Numbered from the stretch's first letter, positions 25,301-38,394 are shown. The stretch is 63,755 nt of DNA from Octopus bimaculoides (GCF_001194135.2 NC_068984.1:46101771-46165525), one strand, 5' to 3'. Notes: generated by a model from the sequence alone, not told the origin. Translations and numbers: made by a program.

Positions 25301-25967
25301 CTTACAGGCTTACCGACATTAATAACCAACTGTTAAAGCACAATCGTGCTTACTTTAGTGTAAAACCTTAGTTAGGAGTTTACAGAGTGTAATATCAATT
25401 CATGAATTACAAATAAACCGGAGTTACATAATCATCTTCATCGTCTTACAACTGCTTCTGCTATAAGAAGCAAAGCGTTCGGAGCAAAGTGCTTCTGTAA
25501 TATCTTATGTATGTCTGTATGTATGAATGTATGTATGTATGTATGTATGTATGTATATCAGTGTGTTAGTGTGTGTGCGCTGGTGTGTGTGCGTGAGTGT
25601 CTGTTAGTGTGTATGTTTTAGTCTGTGTGTGTGTATGGACATAAGGCGGTGCTCCTGCATGGTCTCAATCCATTGACAGAAAGTACTGAAAAAATAAAAA
25701 AAAAAGAATATAAGTATGTATATAGATAGATATGAGTAGGTATATATATATATTAGTATATGTTATGTGTTTGAGAATGTAATTCTAATGCGGTGTGTGT
25801 GTAGGGGAAGGGTGCGATAAGATTTGGCAATACCATTCTCAGTTCAAAATATAAGTTCTCTATGTAACCTCGATCCTAGCTGCTGCTGCTGATGGCGATC
25901 AAGATGATAAGGAAAATAGTGATGATGGTGCAAACGTACTAACGCTATCATTACTATTATTGCTAAT

Positions 25968-26180
25968 GCGGAGAGCTGGCAGAGTCGTTAGCATGCCGGA
26001 AAAAATGCTTAGCGGTATTTTGTCCGTCTTTACGTTCTCAGTTAAAACTCTCCTGGGGTCAACTTTGCCTTTCGTCTTTCGGGGTCGATAAATTAAGTAC
26101 CAGTGAAACACCATGGTCGATGTAATCGATTAATCTCTACCACAAAAAATTTCAGGCCTAGCGCCTTTAGGAGAAAGATA
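25968..26180 (+). mobile_element. SINE-A
   Basis: GAGCTGGCAGAGTCGTTAGCA head, ACTTTGCCTTTC.TCTTTCGGGGTCGATAAATTAAGTACCAG body, ATT tail. Confidence 0.85.
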
Positions 26181-26240
26181 TTATTACTATTATTATTAAC
26201 AATATTATTATTATCATCAATTTTAGTTTTATTATTATTA

Positions 26241-26444
26241 AAGCGGTGAGCTGGTAGAGCCTTTAGCACGTCGGGCAAAAACGCTTAGCGGCATTTCATC
26301 CGTCTTCATGTTCTTAGTTCCAATTCCACCAACATCGACTTTGCCAGTCATCATTTCGGCGTTGATAAAATAAGTACCACTAGTGTGGATGTAATCGACT
26401 TACCCTCACTTGAAATTGCTGGCCTTGTGTCAAAATTAAAAGCC
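26241..26444 (+). mobile_element. SINE-A
   Basis: AAGCGGTGAGCTGGTAGAGCC.TTAGCACG head through GCTGGCCTTGTGTCAAAATT, then an (ATT)n tail. Confidence 0.85.
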
Positions 26445-26464
26445 ATTATTATTATTATTATTAT

Positions 26465-27730
26465 TGTTCAGTAGTTTTATTTTTATAACGTGCTTTCACT
26501 TCACTACCGAGCGCAGCTCTGTGCGCCTTGGGTATGTGCTGTGGTTTGCTGTGGGGCTCTTATGTTTACTGTATTGAAAGTGTTTTGCGTAGAATGTGTG
26601 CAGTACCCAGTAGTGCAATTTTCTGTATGTTATATATATTTGTAAGTCCTAGTATTTTTGTTATGTATTTGTCTGAATATTTTTTTATTATACCTAAGGC
26701 ACTTACTATGATAGGAATTGTTTCTGTTTTTAGATTCCACATTCGAGTTNNNNNNNNNNNNNNNNNNNNNNNNNNNNNNNNNNNNNNNNNNNNNNNNNNN
26801 NNNNNNNNNNNNNNNNNNNNNNNNNNNNNNNNNNNNNNNNNNNNNNNNNNNNNNNNNNNNNNNNNNNNNNNNNNNNNNNNNNNNNNNNNNNNNNNNNNNN
26901 NNNNNNNNNNNNNNNNNNNNNNNNNNNNNNNNNNNNNNNNNNNNNNNNNNNNNNNNNNNNNNNNNNNNNNNNNNNNNNNNNNNNNNNNNNNNNNNNNNNN
27001 NNNNNNNNNNNNNNNNNNNNNNNNNNNNNNNNNNNNNNNNNNNNNNNNNNNNNNNNNNNNNNNNNNNNNNNNNNNNNNNNNNNNNNNNNNNNNNNNNNNN
27101 NNNNNNNNNNNNNNNNNNNNNNNNNNNNNNNNNNNNNNNNNNNNNNNNNNNNNNNNNNNNNNNNNNNNNNNNNNNNNNNNNNNNNNNNNNNNNNNNNNNN
27201 NNNNNNNNNNNNNNNNNNNNNNNNNNNNNNNNNNNNNNNNNNNNNNNNNNNNNNNNNNNNNNNNNNNNNNNNNNNNNNNNNNNNNNNNNNNNNNNNNNNN
27301 NNNNNNNNNNNNNNNNNNNNNNNNNNNNNNNNNNNNNNNNNNNNNNNNNNNNNNNNNNNNNNNNNNNNNNNNNNNNNNNNNNNNNNNNNNNNNNNNNNNN
27401 NNNNNNNNNNNNNNNNNNNNNNNNNNNNNNNNNNNNNNNNNNNNNNNNNNNNNNNNNNNNNNNNAAAACAGTTTTTTGTTTTGCTCGTGTTTTGTGGCTA
27501 TTTGTATTAGTTTCCCTTGCTTCTGGAGTAGGTATTTTTGCAGTCCTATGGTGGTTATTTTATAATAGTTTTCTAGCTGTATAAAACCCCTGCCACCTTC
27601 TGTGCGTTGTATATATAGCCTTTCTATGTCAGACTTTGGGTGGTGCATCCTATATCCTGTCATTATTTTTCTTGCTTTCCTGTCTATTTTACATAGTTCG
27701 TTTAGTGTCCAGTTAAGGATGTTGTAGCTA
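26465..27730 (-). mobile_element. R4/Dong-clade non-LTR retrotransposon (subfamily A), 5'-truncated, N gap inside
   Basis: NWTLNELCKIDRKARKIMTGYRMHHPKSDIERLYIQRTEGGRGFIQLE and C-terminal MWNLKTETIPIIVSALGIIKK...IQKIALLGTAHILRKTLSIQ*, then a 3' UTR and (TAA)n tail. These motifs are characteristic of RLE-type R4/Dong elements. Confidence 0.85.
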
Positions 27731-27752
27731 TAATAATAATAATAATAATTAA

Positions 27753-27795
<43 letters not shown>

Positions 27796-27841
27796 GTATA
27801 AAAATTCAGAGCTTATGTTGCTGGCTATGACGGAAAGTATC

Positions 27842-28888
27842 AACTTCGTATTTCCCACTTTAAATCGTCATAGTTCTTTATTTTTTCTTCTTTCACATTG
27901 ATCCTGTTGTCAACGGAGCATGCTATGTCAATTATCATACATATTCTTTGTTTTTTTTATTTACCACAGCGATTTCCGGTTTCCGATGCCTGGTCAGGTG
28001 ATCGCACTGGATCATTGCATCCCATAGAATTTTGCAATTCTAATTTTCAGTGACTGTTTCTGGGGTTTGCTGATACCACATATTTGCTCTTTGTAGGCCG
28101 TGATTTCCACAGAGTTCCCAATGGATCATTCTTGCCACATTTTCATGGCGTCTTTCGTATTCACGTTGTGCGAATTTCGGGCATTCGCTAACAATGTGCC
28201 ATACCGTCTCATCCTTTTCTCCATACATTCTGTATTTGTCGCTATCGGTAGTGTTGTCTCTTCAGCACTTCATATAATTGGTCCTTACCGATTTTCCTAA
28301 GCTGCGCATAATAGTGCTTCTGTCTCTATCTTCAGGTCACTCCTCTTCATCCATAGCCACCGGTCCTCTGCATCTGTCTTAGCGTTCACATCTCTTGCAA
28401 ACTAACCATGCATTTTCTTTTCTTTCCATGCTTTTTCTTTTTTTTTTCTTCATTTCTTGCTTAAATTTTTCTTTAGTTACACAATTTTAAATTTTAATGA
28501 CGTTAGCCTTCTTCGTGTGTTTCAGCAGTGGTTACACGGCATTTTTTATATGCCACACTATGTTGTTTTCCTCTGATTCGATACAGTCCTGGCAACTGAT
28601 CAAGCCTCTCTCATCCTTCCTTCTGGACAAGTGCAGCCTATTGGTGTCACTCTTACAGTGGAAGGCTCTGTGTACTGTCAACTTTTTTTCTGGTTTTGAT
28701 ATCTATTTTTTTTCATTTCTCTTCTCATTTTATAATTCCCGCTCCATCCCGAAGGGATGCTATCGCCCATGTATTAACGGCTCGAATTTTCTTCTATTCA
28801 ATCAATTTTGAGCGCAGCAACAACCTCAGCCATCGGAAAAACGCCATCCTCAGTCGCTCTCTCATTTTGCTTTCCATTATCTCTTTGG
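27842..28888 (-). mobile_element. R4/Dong-clade fragment (subfamily B): post-RT region, CCHC knuckle, RLE start
   Basis: Frameshifted: KIRAVNTWAIASLRDGAGII, GLISCQDCIESEENN, WLWMKRSDLKIETEALLCAA, GEKDETVWHIVSECPKFAQREYERRHENVARMIHWELC, KILWDAMIQCDHLTRHRKPEIAVVN, IIDIACSVD, NYDDLKWE. Confidence 0.85.
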
Positions 28889-30066
28889 CCTGTCCATCTC
28901 CACATATTCTGCAGTTACTTGTTATGTTTTCATTATATGTTTTTGGTAATTTCTGATGGGGAGGCTTTGGTCTTGTGTTGCAATTAAAAATCCTTCAGTC
29001 TCTCCTTTGAGTCCTGAGCTTCTCAACCATTGTTGAGATTTTTCTCTATTTCATTTCCGTTTAGTTTAGTCCAGTATTTGCCAAGAAGGGCTTTTCTTGC
29101 CATCGTTTTATCACGGTCCGTTGCTGTTCTAGTTTAATTTGGATTTCATTTATTTTATAGCTTTTGTTGTTTCTTGTTTTTCTTCATAGATGTTAGGTAT
29201 TATGACTTCTTGTTCGTGTTTGTTAGCTTCCTTAAATACTGAAAACAGTTTTTTTTTGTTTTGCTCGTGTTTTGTGGCTATTTATATTAGTTTTCCTTGC
29301 TTCTGAAGTAGGTATTTTTGCAGTCCTATGGTGGTTATTTTATAATAGTTTTCTAGTTTTATAAGGCCTCTACCATTTTCTATACGCTGTATATATAGTT
29401 TTTGTAGGTCAGATTTTGGGCGGCGTATCCTAAATCCTGTCATTATTTTTCTTGTTTTCATGTCCAGTTTGGTTAGTTCAATAAGTGTCCAATTAAGGAT
29501 ATTGTAGTTGTAATTTATAACTGGGACGGCTAGATTGTTGATACCTATTATCTTGTTTTTAGCATTGAGCTCTGTTTCAGTATTGATCTAGCTCGTCTAT
29601 AGTATTCTTTCTTTATTTTCTCTTTCATTTTTCTGTGATGTATCGTATCTAGTTCATTGATTCCTAAATATTTGTATGTCTGGCTTTGGTCTAATACTCT
29701 TATTAGCATTGCCTTTATCTAGTGTGATGTTGCTACTCTTAACTAGTTTCTCTCTTTTCAAGAATGCTTTGGCACATTTTTCTAAGCCAAATTTCATATT
29801 TATTTCTTTGGTAAATCCATGTACTGTCTGTAGTAGTGTTTCGAGCTGTTAATCAATTGTATCGTATAATTTTAGCTCATCCATATATAAGAGGTGGCTG
29901 ATTGTTTTGCCGTAACATTTGTATCCGCATCCAGTTCTAGTTAGCATATCAGATAAAGGTGTCAGTGCCAAGCAGAAAAGGAGTGGAGAGGGTGTGTTAC
30001 CCTGGAACATTCCTCTTCTAATGGGGATCACTTTGGTCTTCATGAGTTCCTCTTTCGTTAGGAGCA
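28889..30066 (-). mobile_element. R4/Dong-clade fragment (subfamily A): RT domains through zinc knuckle start
   Basis: IRRGMFQGNTPSPLLFCLALTPL...HLLYMDELKLY (RT motifs QGD and YMDD, both mutated), WLRSSGLKGETEGFLIATQDQSLP, NCRICGDGQ. 29240-29510 is a close homologue of 27465-27730. Confidence 0.85.
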
Positions 30067-30083
30067 ATTATTATTATTATTAT

Positions 30084-30272
30084 TGTTCAGTAGTTTTATT
30101 TTTATAACATGCTTTCACTTCACTACCGAGCGCAGCTCTGTGCGCCTTGGATATGTGCTGTCGTTTGCTGTGATGCTCTTATGGTTACTGTATTGAAAGT
30201 GTTTTGCGTAGGATGTGTGCAGTGCCCAGTAGTGCAATTTTCTGTATGTTATATATATTTGTAAGTCCTGGT
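30084..30272 (-). mobile_element. R4/Dong subfamily A short 3' fragment
   Basis: IQKIALLGTAHILRKTLSIQ* plus a 3' UTR nearly identical to 26465-26650, with a (TAA)n tail. Confidence 0.85.
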
Positions 30273-30290
30273 GTTGTTACCATTATTGTT

Positions 30291-30506
30291 AAGGCAGCGA
30301 GCAGGCAGAAACATTAGCAGGATGGATAAAATGCTTAGCGGTATTACGCCCGTCGCTAAGTTCTGTTTTCAAATTTTGCCGAGGCCGACTTTACCTTTCA
30401 CCCTTTCGGGAGTCGAAAAAATTAGTACCAATTGAAGATTTGAGTGGATGCAATCGACTCATCCGCCTCCCCAAAAATCGCTACTCTTGTGGCAACATTT
30501 GAAACA
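30291..30506 (+). mobile_element. SINE-A
   Basis: AAGGCAGCGAGCAGGCAGAAACATTAGCA head, GCCGAGGCCGACTTTACCTTTCACCCTTTCGGG body, TTTGAAAC plus (ATT)n tail. Confidence 0.8.
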
Positions 30507-30519
30507 ATTATTATTATTA

Positions 30520-30551
<32 letters not shown>

Positions 30552-30590
30552 GTTATTATTATTATTATTANNNNNNNNNNATTATTATTA

Positions 30591-30654
<64 letters not shown>

Positions 30655-31021
30655 CCATCATCACCACCCTCATCATCATCATCATTATTATTAATATAAT
30701 TATGATTATGATTAGCATCATCATTATTATTATTAGTATTATTATTTTTTCTTTTGTTATTATTATTATTGTTGTCAAATCGGCGAGCCGGGAGGATCAT
30801 TTTCAGGCTGCACCAAATGTTTAGCGTTATTTCGCCCGTTGCCATGTTCTGAGTTCAAATTCCGCCAAGGTCAACTTTGCCTTCCATCCTTACGGGGTCG
30901 ATAAATTGAGTATCATTTGCGTACTGGGGATGATCTAATCGATTGACCCCCGTCCCCACAAAATTTCAGGTATTGTGCGTATAGTAGAAAAGATTATTAT
31001 TATTATTGTTGTTGCGTGTGT

Positions 31022-31062
<41 letters not shown>

Positions 31063-31302
31063 TGTTGGCGGTGAAGATATGATGAATATTATAATGTCAA
31101 TGTTGTTTGTGTCGGCCTTGATAATGTTCATGAAGTTGATGATTACAAAATCTCATAGATTATCAGTTATCAATATCTGACACCTTTGATTTGAATAGGA
31201 AGAACAATGACAATGTTGAAGAAAAATAATGAATGTTCTAGTGATAACAACAGAACTAAAACTAACCATCAACGTCATTGACGTTGTTGTCATCATTATG
31301 AC

Positions 31303-31338
<36 letters not shown>

Positions 31339-31345
31339 AATCATC
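30507..31345. repeat. Compound trinucleotide microsatellites (ATT/GAT/CAT/GTT) around a SINE-A copy
   Basis: Directly visible; source of the poly-I/D/H/M/S pseudo-ORFs. Similar blocks at about 37790-38360, 39330-39740 and 40535-41020. Confidence 0.9.
30781..30992 (+). mobile_element. SINE-A
   Basis: GTTCTGAGTTCAAATTCCGCCAAGGTCAACTTTGCCTTCCATCCTTACGGGGTCGATAAATTGAGTA...GTAGAAAAGATTATT. Confidence 0.85.
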
Positions 31346-31692
31346 AGTAACATGCACATTATCATCTAAGTCTTCCCCAATTACTTTTTCTCCGCCACAT
31401 CATTATCATTCACATCATCGCTATCAGCAACAAATTCAACAAAGACATTTGAAAAGACGGACAGTCAATAGACGCAGAACAAAAACTCAAAGCATTATTA
31501 GGTGTGTGGTAGGACATCTATTTTACAGTCATTAACAATGCTACGATAATAGCGTCATTAGCAAATGGGGTGAAAACAGCTGTTTCATATAAACTTGCAA
31601 ATTTACATACACACATTCGGGCACACACACTCGCACAAACATATACTTATGAATATATTCATACATATATATACATATGCATACATACACAC

Positions 31693-31736
<44 letters not shown>

Positions 31737-33925
31737 GTATATTTATATATATATATGTGTGTATATAAATGTATATNNNNNNNNNNNNNNNNNNNNNNNN
31801 NNNNNNNNNNNNNNNNNNNNNNNNNNNNNNNNNNNNNNNNNNNNNNNNNNNNNNNNNNNNNNNNNNNNNNNNNNNNNNNNNNNNNNNNNNNNNNNNNNNN
31901 NNNNNNNNNNNNNNNNNNNNNNNNNNNNNNNNNNNNNNNNNNNNNNNNNNNNNNNNNNNNNNNNNNNNNNNNNNNNNNNNNNNNNNNNNNNNNNNNNNNN
32001 NNNNNNNNNNNNNNNNNNNNNNNNNNNNNNNNNNNNNNNNNNNNNNNNNNNNNNNNNNNNNNNNNNNNNNNNNNNNNNNNNNNNNNNNNNNNNNNNNNNN
32101 NNNNNNNNNNNNNNNNNNNNNNNNNNNNNNNNNNNNNNNNNNNNNNNNNNNNNNNNNNNNNNNNNNNNNNNNNNNNNNNNNNNNNNNNNNNNNNNNNNNN
32201 NNNNNNNNNNNNNNNNNNNNNNNNNNNNNNNNNNNNNNNNNNNNNNNNNNNNNNNNNNNNNNNNNNNNNNNNNNNNNNNNNNNNNNNNNNNNNNNNNNNN
32301 NNNNNNNNNNNNNNNNNNNNNNNNNNNNNNNNNNNNNNNNNNNNNNNNNNNNNNNNNNNNNNNNNNNNNNNNNNNNNNNNNNNNNNNNNNNNNNNNNNNN
32401 NNNNNNNNNNNNNNNNNNNNNNNNNNNNNNNNNNNNNNNNNNNNNNNNNNNNNNNNNNNNNNNNNNNNNNNNNNNNNNNNNNNNNNNNNNNNNNNNNNNN
32501 NNNNNNNNNNNNNNNNNNNNNNNNNNNNNNNNNNNNNNNNNNNNNNNNNNNNNNNNNNNNNNNNNNNNNNNNNNNNNNNNNNNNNNNNNNNNNNNNNNNN
32601 NNNNNNNNNNNNNNNNNNNNNNNNNNNNNNNNNNNNNNNNNNNNNNNNNNNNNNNNNNNNNNNNNNNNNNNNNNNNNNNNNNNNNNNNNNNNNNNNNNNN
32701 NNNNNNNNNNNNNNNNNNNNNNNNNNNNNNNNNNTATATATATGTTCAAATAATTCCTTTATCATGTCGTTAAGAGTTTACATTTTGCAAAGACAGATGT
32801 TCCACTGATATTTCAAAGGGTTAAGTGAGACTACAAATGAACGTATTGAATTATTGTGTTTCGTTTTAATGTCATGGACATGCTTTCAATTTTGGCCACG
32901 TTTCTTTTTAATGATAATTACAGTTTTATGCACGTTAATTGCTTCTGGGAAATGTTAAATTCTCTACGCTGAAACTGTTATTTAACTTTCATCAAGCAAA
33001 CGTTTGTTTTTGTTTTTTATCTTCTCGTTTCCCATTTTGTTTACGTTTTTTTTAATTTCCTGTACCCATATATGCATGTATACATATATATGTAGGTATG
33101 TACATATATGTATGTATATGTGGATATATTTATATATTATTTATATTATTATATGATCGAATGCCACGCATCCATTTCCAAGTTTTATCTTAATAAATCC
33201 GATGCCCTTCACCGTTCCCTCCCTCTCTCTCACTCTTCCTCATTGATTCTTTCGTTGCTCACACGTGACCAACGGTTATCTATCTTGCTTTCTTCCACTT
33301 CCTTACTAAAGACAAGACGTGCTTTTGCATGTCTCTTCTCAAAGCTTGTTTTTCCAGCGTTCACTACTTCATCTCGTCCTGGCTTAACAGCCCTTACCGT
33401 TTGTTTTTATTGTTTTGTTCATACTGTAGTGTTTTTATTACCATTTAAACCCTCCGCAAAAATACCCAAATTTTATTTAATTTGCTTTGCAGAAAGTTTT
33501 AATGATGTCGCATCTTGTCCCTACCTTGGAGACGCGGAGTAGATAAAACAGGGTACAACTGATGAAGGAAATGTTATTTATGTCACCTGTCTCGTTTCTC
33601 TATTTGTTTATTTCGTTCTTCGAAAAAGAGTACATTTTCTACGCTTGTGCGTGTGTGTGTATGTATGTGCGTGTAGATATGTATCTATATAGATATTTTG
33701 TATCTGTCTGCCAAAAATGCACAAAGTTGAGAATGGCATGGTGTCCATGAATTTCGGTATAAAATGTTTAGGAAAAATATCCTGTCCTGTAAATTGATTC
33801 AATTAACGCTGGGTGCCGGAAAAAAATATCTAGTTTCTGCCTTCTACGCACTGATTTTCAATCCAGTGTAGGTCAATTTTGCCGTCCATCATACTTAATT
33901 CAAAGTGATAAAAATAATAATAATT

Positions 33926-34138
33926 ATCCTTTCTACTAATTGTACAAAGCCTGAAATTTTGGGGGAGCGGACTAGTCGATTATATCGACTCCAGTGTTAA
34001 ACTGGTACTTAATATATCGACCGTGAAAGAATGAAAGACAAAGTCGACCTCGGTAGTATTTGAACTAATAAGGTAAAGACAGACGAAATGACGGACTTTG
34101 ACCGGTGCGATAACGATTCTCCTAGTTCTCCGCCTTAA
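33926..34138 (-). mobile_element. SINE-A
   Basis: Full-length reverse-complement match (CCTTTCTACT...AACTGGTACTTAAT.TATCGACC...AAAGTCGACCTCGG...CTCCGCCTT). Confidence 0.85.
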
Positions 34139-34159
34139 ATAATGATAATAATAATAATA

Positions 34160-34217
<58 letters not shown>

Positions 34218-34275
34218 TAAAATTAATAATGATGATGATGATAATGATGACAATAATAATAATAACAATAATAAT

Positions 34276-34686
34276 GGGGAGCATCGTAGCTGTAAGAGGA
34301 CATCATAGTCTTGTGGGGGAGCATCATAGCCGTAGGGGAACATCATAGCATTGGGAGAGCATCATAGTCATGTGTTGAGAGGAATCCTTTTGTGTTTGGA
34401 TAATTCACCTTTGCAAACATGGGTGTTCCGTTCAACATCCTTAAACAACCTTTATTCAGGAACCTTTTGAGCGGGATGGGCTCCACCTGAAGAAAAAATT
34501 CTAACTGGGTGCCACCTGCTAGGTCATGCGCTGTTTATCTTAATATGAGATCACTATATCACGCACATATGGTTGTGATGCATGTGCCTGGTGTACCCTT
34601 ATCAGACGGGTAGTCATGATGGGTATACTGGGCTTCGTATATTTTACCCCAGTGTCACTTTGATGGCATGAACTGCTCTCTCACTC
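34276..34686 (+). mobile_element. Non-coding TAA-flanked element, copy 2 (5'-truncated, tandem 19-20-nt units at the 5' end)
   Basis: Aligns with 6432-6722; (TAA)n on both flanks. Confidence 0.75.
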
Positions 34687-34750
<64 letters not shown>

Positions 34751-35220
34751 TGTACTATCCTTTCTGTTATTAATTAGATAATTAGAGGCTTCGAGGAAAG
34801 CCTCTTCCAAAATTTCTGTATTCGAACTTATTCTAGAAATTAATAATATGGAGGGCTATATCCAATGTACTAGCAATTCATATGGGAGTGATGTGTTGGA
34901 ATTGGTGACAGCTACGACAATAAGTAACAAATGAAAATTTGGAAGGTTATAAAAATGATTGAACGATAGGCTGTTTGTGACCTAGTTTATATATTATACA
35001 TTATATGCGTGTCAGTATTTGTGTGACATATATCACTATATTACTGTTTTACATGCGCAAACATATATATGCGTGTATATGAATATTTATGTTTATGTAC
35101 GAATGGAAATACACACACACACATACACACTCATACATTTATAAATGGAGAAGAGCAAATATTTCCATCTAAAGATTTATTTAGACAATTACTCTAAGCA
35201 CTTTGATTTACAGCATTATT

Positions 35221-35685
35221 AAGGCGGCGAGTTGGAAGAAACGTTAGCACGCCGGGCGAAATGATTAGCGGTATTTCGTCTGTTTTTACGTTCTGAGTTC
35301 AAATACCACCGAGGTCGACTTTGCCTTTCATTCTTCCGGGGTCGATAAATTAAGTACCAGTTGTGTACTGGGGTCGATAGAATCTACTGGCCTCCTCCAC
35401 CAAAATTTCGAGCCTTGTGCCTAGAGTAGAAAAAAATCATTAGCACGCTGGATACAATGTTTCGTGGCATTTCTTCCGGCTTACGTTCTGAATTAAAATT
35501 CCGTCGAGATCGACATTGCCTTACATTCTTTGTAATCGATAAAATAAGTACCAGTGAAGCATTGGGCGTAGTGAAGTCGGCACGCTCCCATCCTCACAAA
35601 AATACAGGCCTTGTGCCAAGATAAGAAAGGATTAATAAAGGCGGCAAGCTGGCAGAATCATTAGCACCCCGGAGATAATGCCAAG
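35221..35685 (+). mobile_element. Tandem array of SINE-A: 35221-35436, about 35437-35632 (head-truncated), and a head only at 35638-35685
   Basis: First copy is the cleanest in the window: AAGGCGGCGAGTTGGAAGAAACGTTAGCA, B-box-like GAGTTCAAATACC, GTCGACTTTGCCTTTCAT, GGGGTCGATAAATTAAGTACCAG. Confidence 0.9.
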
Positions 35686-35786
35686 GGAAAGGCAAAATAC
35701 CGATACAACGTAACACCAGTGATATCACAACTCATTTCTACAGTTGCGTGAACTGGAGCAACGTGAAATAAAGTGTCTTGCTCAAT
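35686..35786 (-). mobile_element. SINE-B fragment
   Basis: GTGAACTGGAGCAACGTGAAATAAAGTGTCTTGCTCAA is the reverse complement of the core seen at 16275-16310. Confidence 0.65.
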
Positions 35787-36675
35787 TCATCCCGTTACAC
35801 AATTAAGGATTATGGAGTGGCAACTGAAACCGGCTACATATGAGAAGGCGAAGATAATTTCAAAAATTAACTATTTCGTAAATTGACTTGTTACTCAGCT
35901 AAAAGACAGGCGTAATGCTCGCAGATAGAAGGACCATCGTGGACTGGTGTTTTTGTTTCAATAGCCGTCTAGTAGGTTTACTGCGGAACATTCTTTATTC
36001 TTGAGTTTATCTATCATTTTCATACTGATCTGCCAATCGGAAATTTTACCATATCTAAAGGCAGAGATACTTTAACATATGAATTTAAATCGTATACTAT
36101 TTGATTGGCTAAACTGGCAATATGACCATCCCCAAGTACAACAATATTTGTCTATGTTTTTCATATATATGCCACTGGGTACTGTGATGTTTTCTCTAAG
36201 CGGATTTTAGTTTAATTTATGCAAATTATCCATACCATCAAAGCGTTCTACTCTTTTTGTATATACCTAAGCCCTTGGCTATATCGCGCTAATGACGCCT
36301 GTTGAGGCAGAAGGCTATGTTTTTACCTGTACTTTTCGTTAACTGCATGTCAAGTTTGGAGAATACTTGCATCTTGATATTATCTCCTCTTTTCATATAG
36401 AATTGGCCTCAGTTTCAGTTTGGGAATTGCAATAAATCCTCTTGAGTTGGGTTTAATTTTAATAAATGAAAAAAAATCTGTTATATATGTTGTCTAACTT
36501 TTTCATATACATGTTACTGGCTGCTCTCAAAGTAGTCTTACTCTGTTCATTTTTGTTTAATTGTTGCTACTGACTTTAAACTTTCTCCAATGAATGACTT
36601 CATATGGGTATAAATGTGTGTTTGCATGTGTGCGTTTATGCTTATGTGTGTGTACGTGTGTACGTGTGTACGTGT

Positions 36676-36707
<32 letters not shown>

Positions 36708-37610
36708 CTGTTTACACATAAAATCTATTGGGCGAAATTTAATCTGCGATGCATGAAACCTCAGAGAATGCCATTCACGTTTCAGTGAGCAGGAATAAAA
36801 ATATATCTACACATCGTTAGATTCAACACTGCTGCTTCGTGTTTCTACAGGTTTTGTCTACGTACGTTTGTATTCATTTAAATACATACACCAGCATACA
36901 CGCGCATACATGTTAAATTATTGTAGTTAATTTAAATCACATTTGAAAATATCAACGTAAAATTTATTTGTTGTTTATCCCAATACTATGAAAAGAGTTA
37001 AATCTATTGCAAATTTCGATTAGACTGAGGCTTTAGCTTTCATTAGAAGCTGTTTTGCACCAGAGTAGTTAATCAGACGAATAACTTAAAGTCCCAATGA
37101 ACCCGAAGTGTACATCTTGTACAGACACACAGACACAAAATATATACACGTACACTGAAGCCGACAATATACATACACAAACACAGACACACACACACAT
37201 ATCTGTGTCCATGTTTTCTAAGTTGTCTTGGAATATGTATGCGAACGTTCTTTTTACTTCTATGTGTAAGACAGGAAGAAAATAAAGATTACCCTGGTGG
37301 CCAAATGCAGTGTAATGCTAAACTTTGAGAAGAAGCGAAACATTTTTTGTGTAGGAGTTAAAGAAATTAACGTAGACTTAACATAAGATAACATTAAGAT
37401 CTATACAATTCTACGTTCATCTGTGATTTTACGATTCATTAAACCTCATTGAAAGTTGGAAATTTGAATTGCAAGAGACATCATTGCTCTTGTCAATGAA
37501 TGTATGAAGCATAAAGAAAGGACGTATAGAGACGGAAAACGTAAGAACGTGCGTATGCTTGCATAAATACATGTGACATTAGGTGTGTACAGACACACAC
37601 ACACAAACAC

Positions 37611-37651
<41 letters not shown>

Positions 37652-38047
37652 CACGCACACGCACACACACACACACAGATACACGCACATGCGCACATGC
37701 ATTCATATGATTTGTGATTACTACTACCACAGTGAAATACTATGGAAACAATAAATCAACTTAATATGAGCGTGTAAAACTCTCGTCTTCCTCCACCCTC
37801 CTCCTCCTCCTCCTCCTCCTGCTATAATATCATTCTCTCCACGATAGTTTTAGTGTACTCGCGCATAGTGTTGGTGATGATTTTGCGGTTATTATTATTA
37901 TTATTATTGTCCCCTCGTAATATCTCTATGTCTTCTTTATCCAGGTATCGTCACCACCATTATCATTACTCACCATACTATGCCCCCACAACCACAGTCA
38001 CCATCATCGTCACCACCACCACCAGCACGACCACCGCCCCTCCCTCC

Positions 38048-38091
<44 letters not shown>

Positions 38092-38394
38092 CCGTCTTGT
38101 GGGGTTTTCTGAAATTCGAGGTGAAGAGGAAGGAGAATCATTTCAACTTGAATTAGATTGTGATTTGAAACTTCCATTCAAGCATTTGCCTCTGGGGATG
38201 TAACAGGAAAAATTTGCATTTACGTCGTTACCGGAACGCTGCTGCTGCCGCCATCACCCCAATATCTAATTAGCTTTGACTACTACTACTGCTACTACTA
38301 CTACTGCTACTACTACTGCTACTACTACTGCTGCTGCTGATGATGATGATCATGATGATGCATCATCGGATATTTTCTCCATCCAAACAGTAAT

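Noticed and set aside
33230-33400. Charged minus-strand frame VRAVKPGRDEVVNAGKTSFEKRHAK...
   Set aside because: Bounded by stops with no splice sites; explained by purine-rich composition.
33555-33580. CTGATGAAGGAAATGTTA
   Set aside because: No stem II or stem III can form; chance match.
37853-38203. ORF with poly-His/Thr resembling a transcription-factor low-complexity region
   Set aside because: Built from CAT/CAC microsatellite with no DNA-binding domain or splice support.
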